A DNA stretch of 45,833 nucleotides, taken from Chitinivibrionales bacterium (lineage in GTDB: Bacteria; Fibrobacterota; Chitinivibrionia; Chitinivibrionales; WJMI01). The stretch covers positions 1 through 45,833 of the forward strand of contig WJMI01000147.1 in NCBI GenBank assembly GCA_014728015.1. The letters run 5' to 3'. The notes beneath the pieces are model-generated. The model saw only the letters and a program-made list of their open reading frames with translations. It searched no databases and was not told the origin of the DNA. Positions 45,558 to 45,833 of this stretch are shown here, one piece after another. The number at the start of each line of letters is the position of its first letter. Position 1 is the first letter of the stretch. A program made the position numbers and the translations under genes.

Positions 45558-45833
45558 TCAGCCCTGCGATGCCAGTTCCGACGCGGCCTTCTTGAAGAGC
45601 TCATACGCGCCGCGCGCCCGCTGACGCATCATGCGCTCCCGCATCTCTTCCTGCGCGGCATCCTCGGATCTGAAATACAGCGTGTAGTATGTGGCGGCGC
45701 TGCCAAGCTGCTCGAGCGCCTCTTCCATATGTCCCCTGGCCTCGGCAAAATAGTCCTCTTCCCGCTCGACCTTCTTAAATTGCTGCTTCAGCTCGTTGCA
45801 CTTGCGCTTCGTCACATTCGCCCGCCCCATGAG
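45558..45833 (-). CDS. Hypothetical protein, C-terminal fragment
   Basis: Open helical, charged reading frame running off the window end. Confidence 0.5.
   Translation of the reverse strand, partial: LMGRANVTKRKCNELKQQFKKVEREEDYFAEARGHMEEALEQLGSAATYYTLYFRSEDAAQEEMRERMMRQRARGAYELFKKAASELASQG

Overview
GC-rich chromosomal window from a diderm bacterium. The short region-1.1-less sigma70 protein, the beta-barrels and the many STAS proteins would fit an FCB-group organism such as Fibrobacterota/Chitinivibrionia, but that is inference only. The right end (36.5-45.4 kb) is a housekeeping operon: yceD-rpmF-plsX-fabH-fabD-fabG-acpP-fabF-rnc-acyl-CoA dehydrogenase-rpe-S41 peptidase. tRNA-Pro(TGG) and tRNA-Arg(TCT) lie at 30.4-30.6 kb. 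The left 30 kb is a stress-response region with four modules. (i) A copper ATPase operon with a NOX-like flavocytochrome, a Tat-exported Rieske protein and an orphan RseC. (ii) A divergent ferritin-like/PCD/ferredoxin/pncB operon facing pncA-hemerythrin. (iii) A divergent degP-UPF0182 / PAC2-ftsH proteostasis pair. (iv) A superoxide reductase-NiSOD-redoxin operon. Two things are hidden from the ORF track. First, the redoxin appears as two ORFs but is one selenoprotein (in-frame TGA in a U-x-x-C motif followed by a SECIS-like hairpin). Second, there are seven sigma54 -24/-12 promoters, and five of them lie 58-71 bp from copies of one tandem 16+6+16 bp enhancer-like motif (TTSNCR-N4-TGMSAA twice; at 8364-8401, 21645-21682 and 30250-30287). 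This points to a single, apparently uncharacterised sigma54/bEBP regulon joining copper efflux, iron/NAD handling, proteolysis and superoxide defence. Other oddities: an orphan Mu GemA-like gene with its own sigma54 promoter, a FlaG-like protein outside flagellar context, a divergent guanylate-kinase-like gene coupled to class III PPK2, and an N-terminally truncated sugar dehydrogenase. No CRISPR array, rRNA, transposase or integrase was seen.
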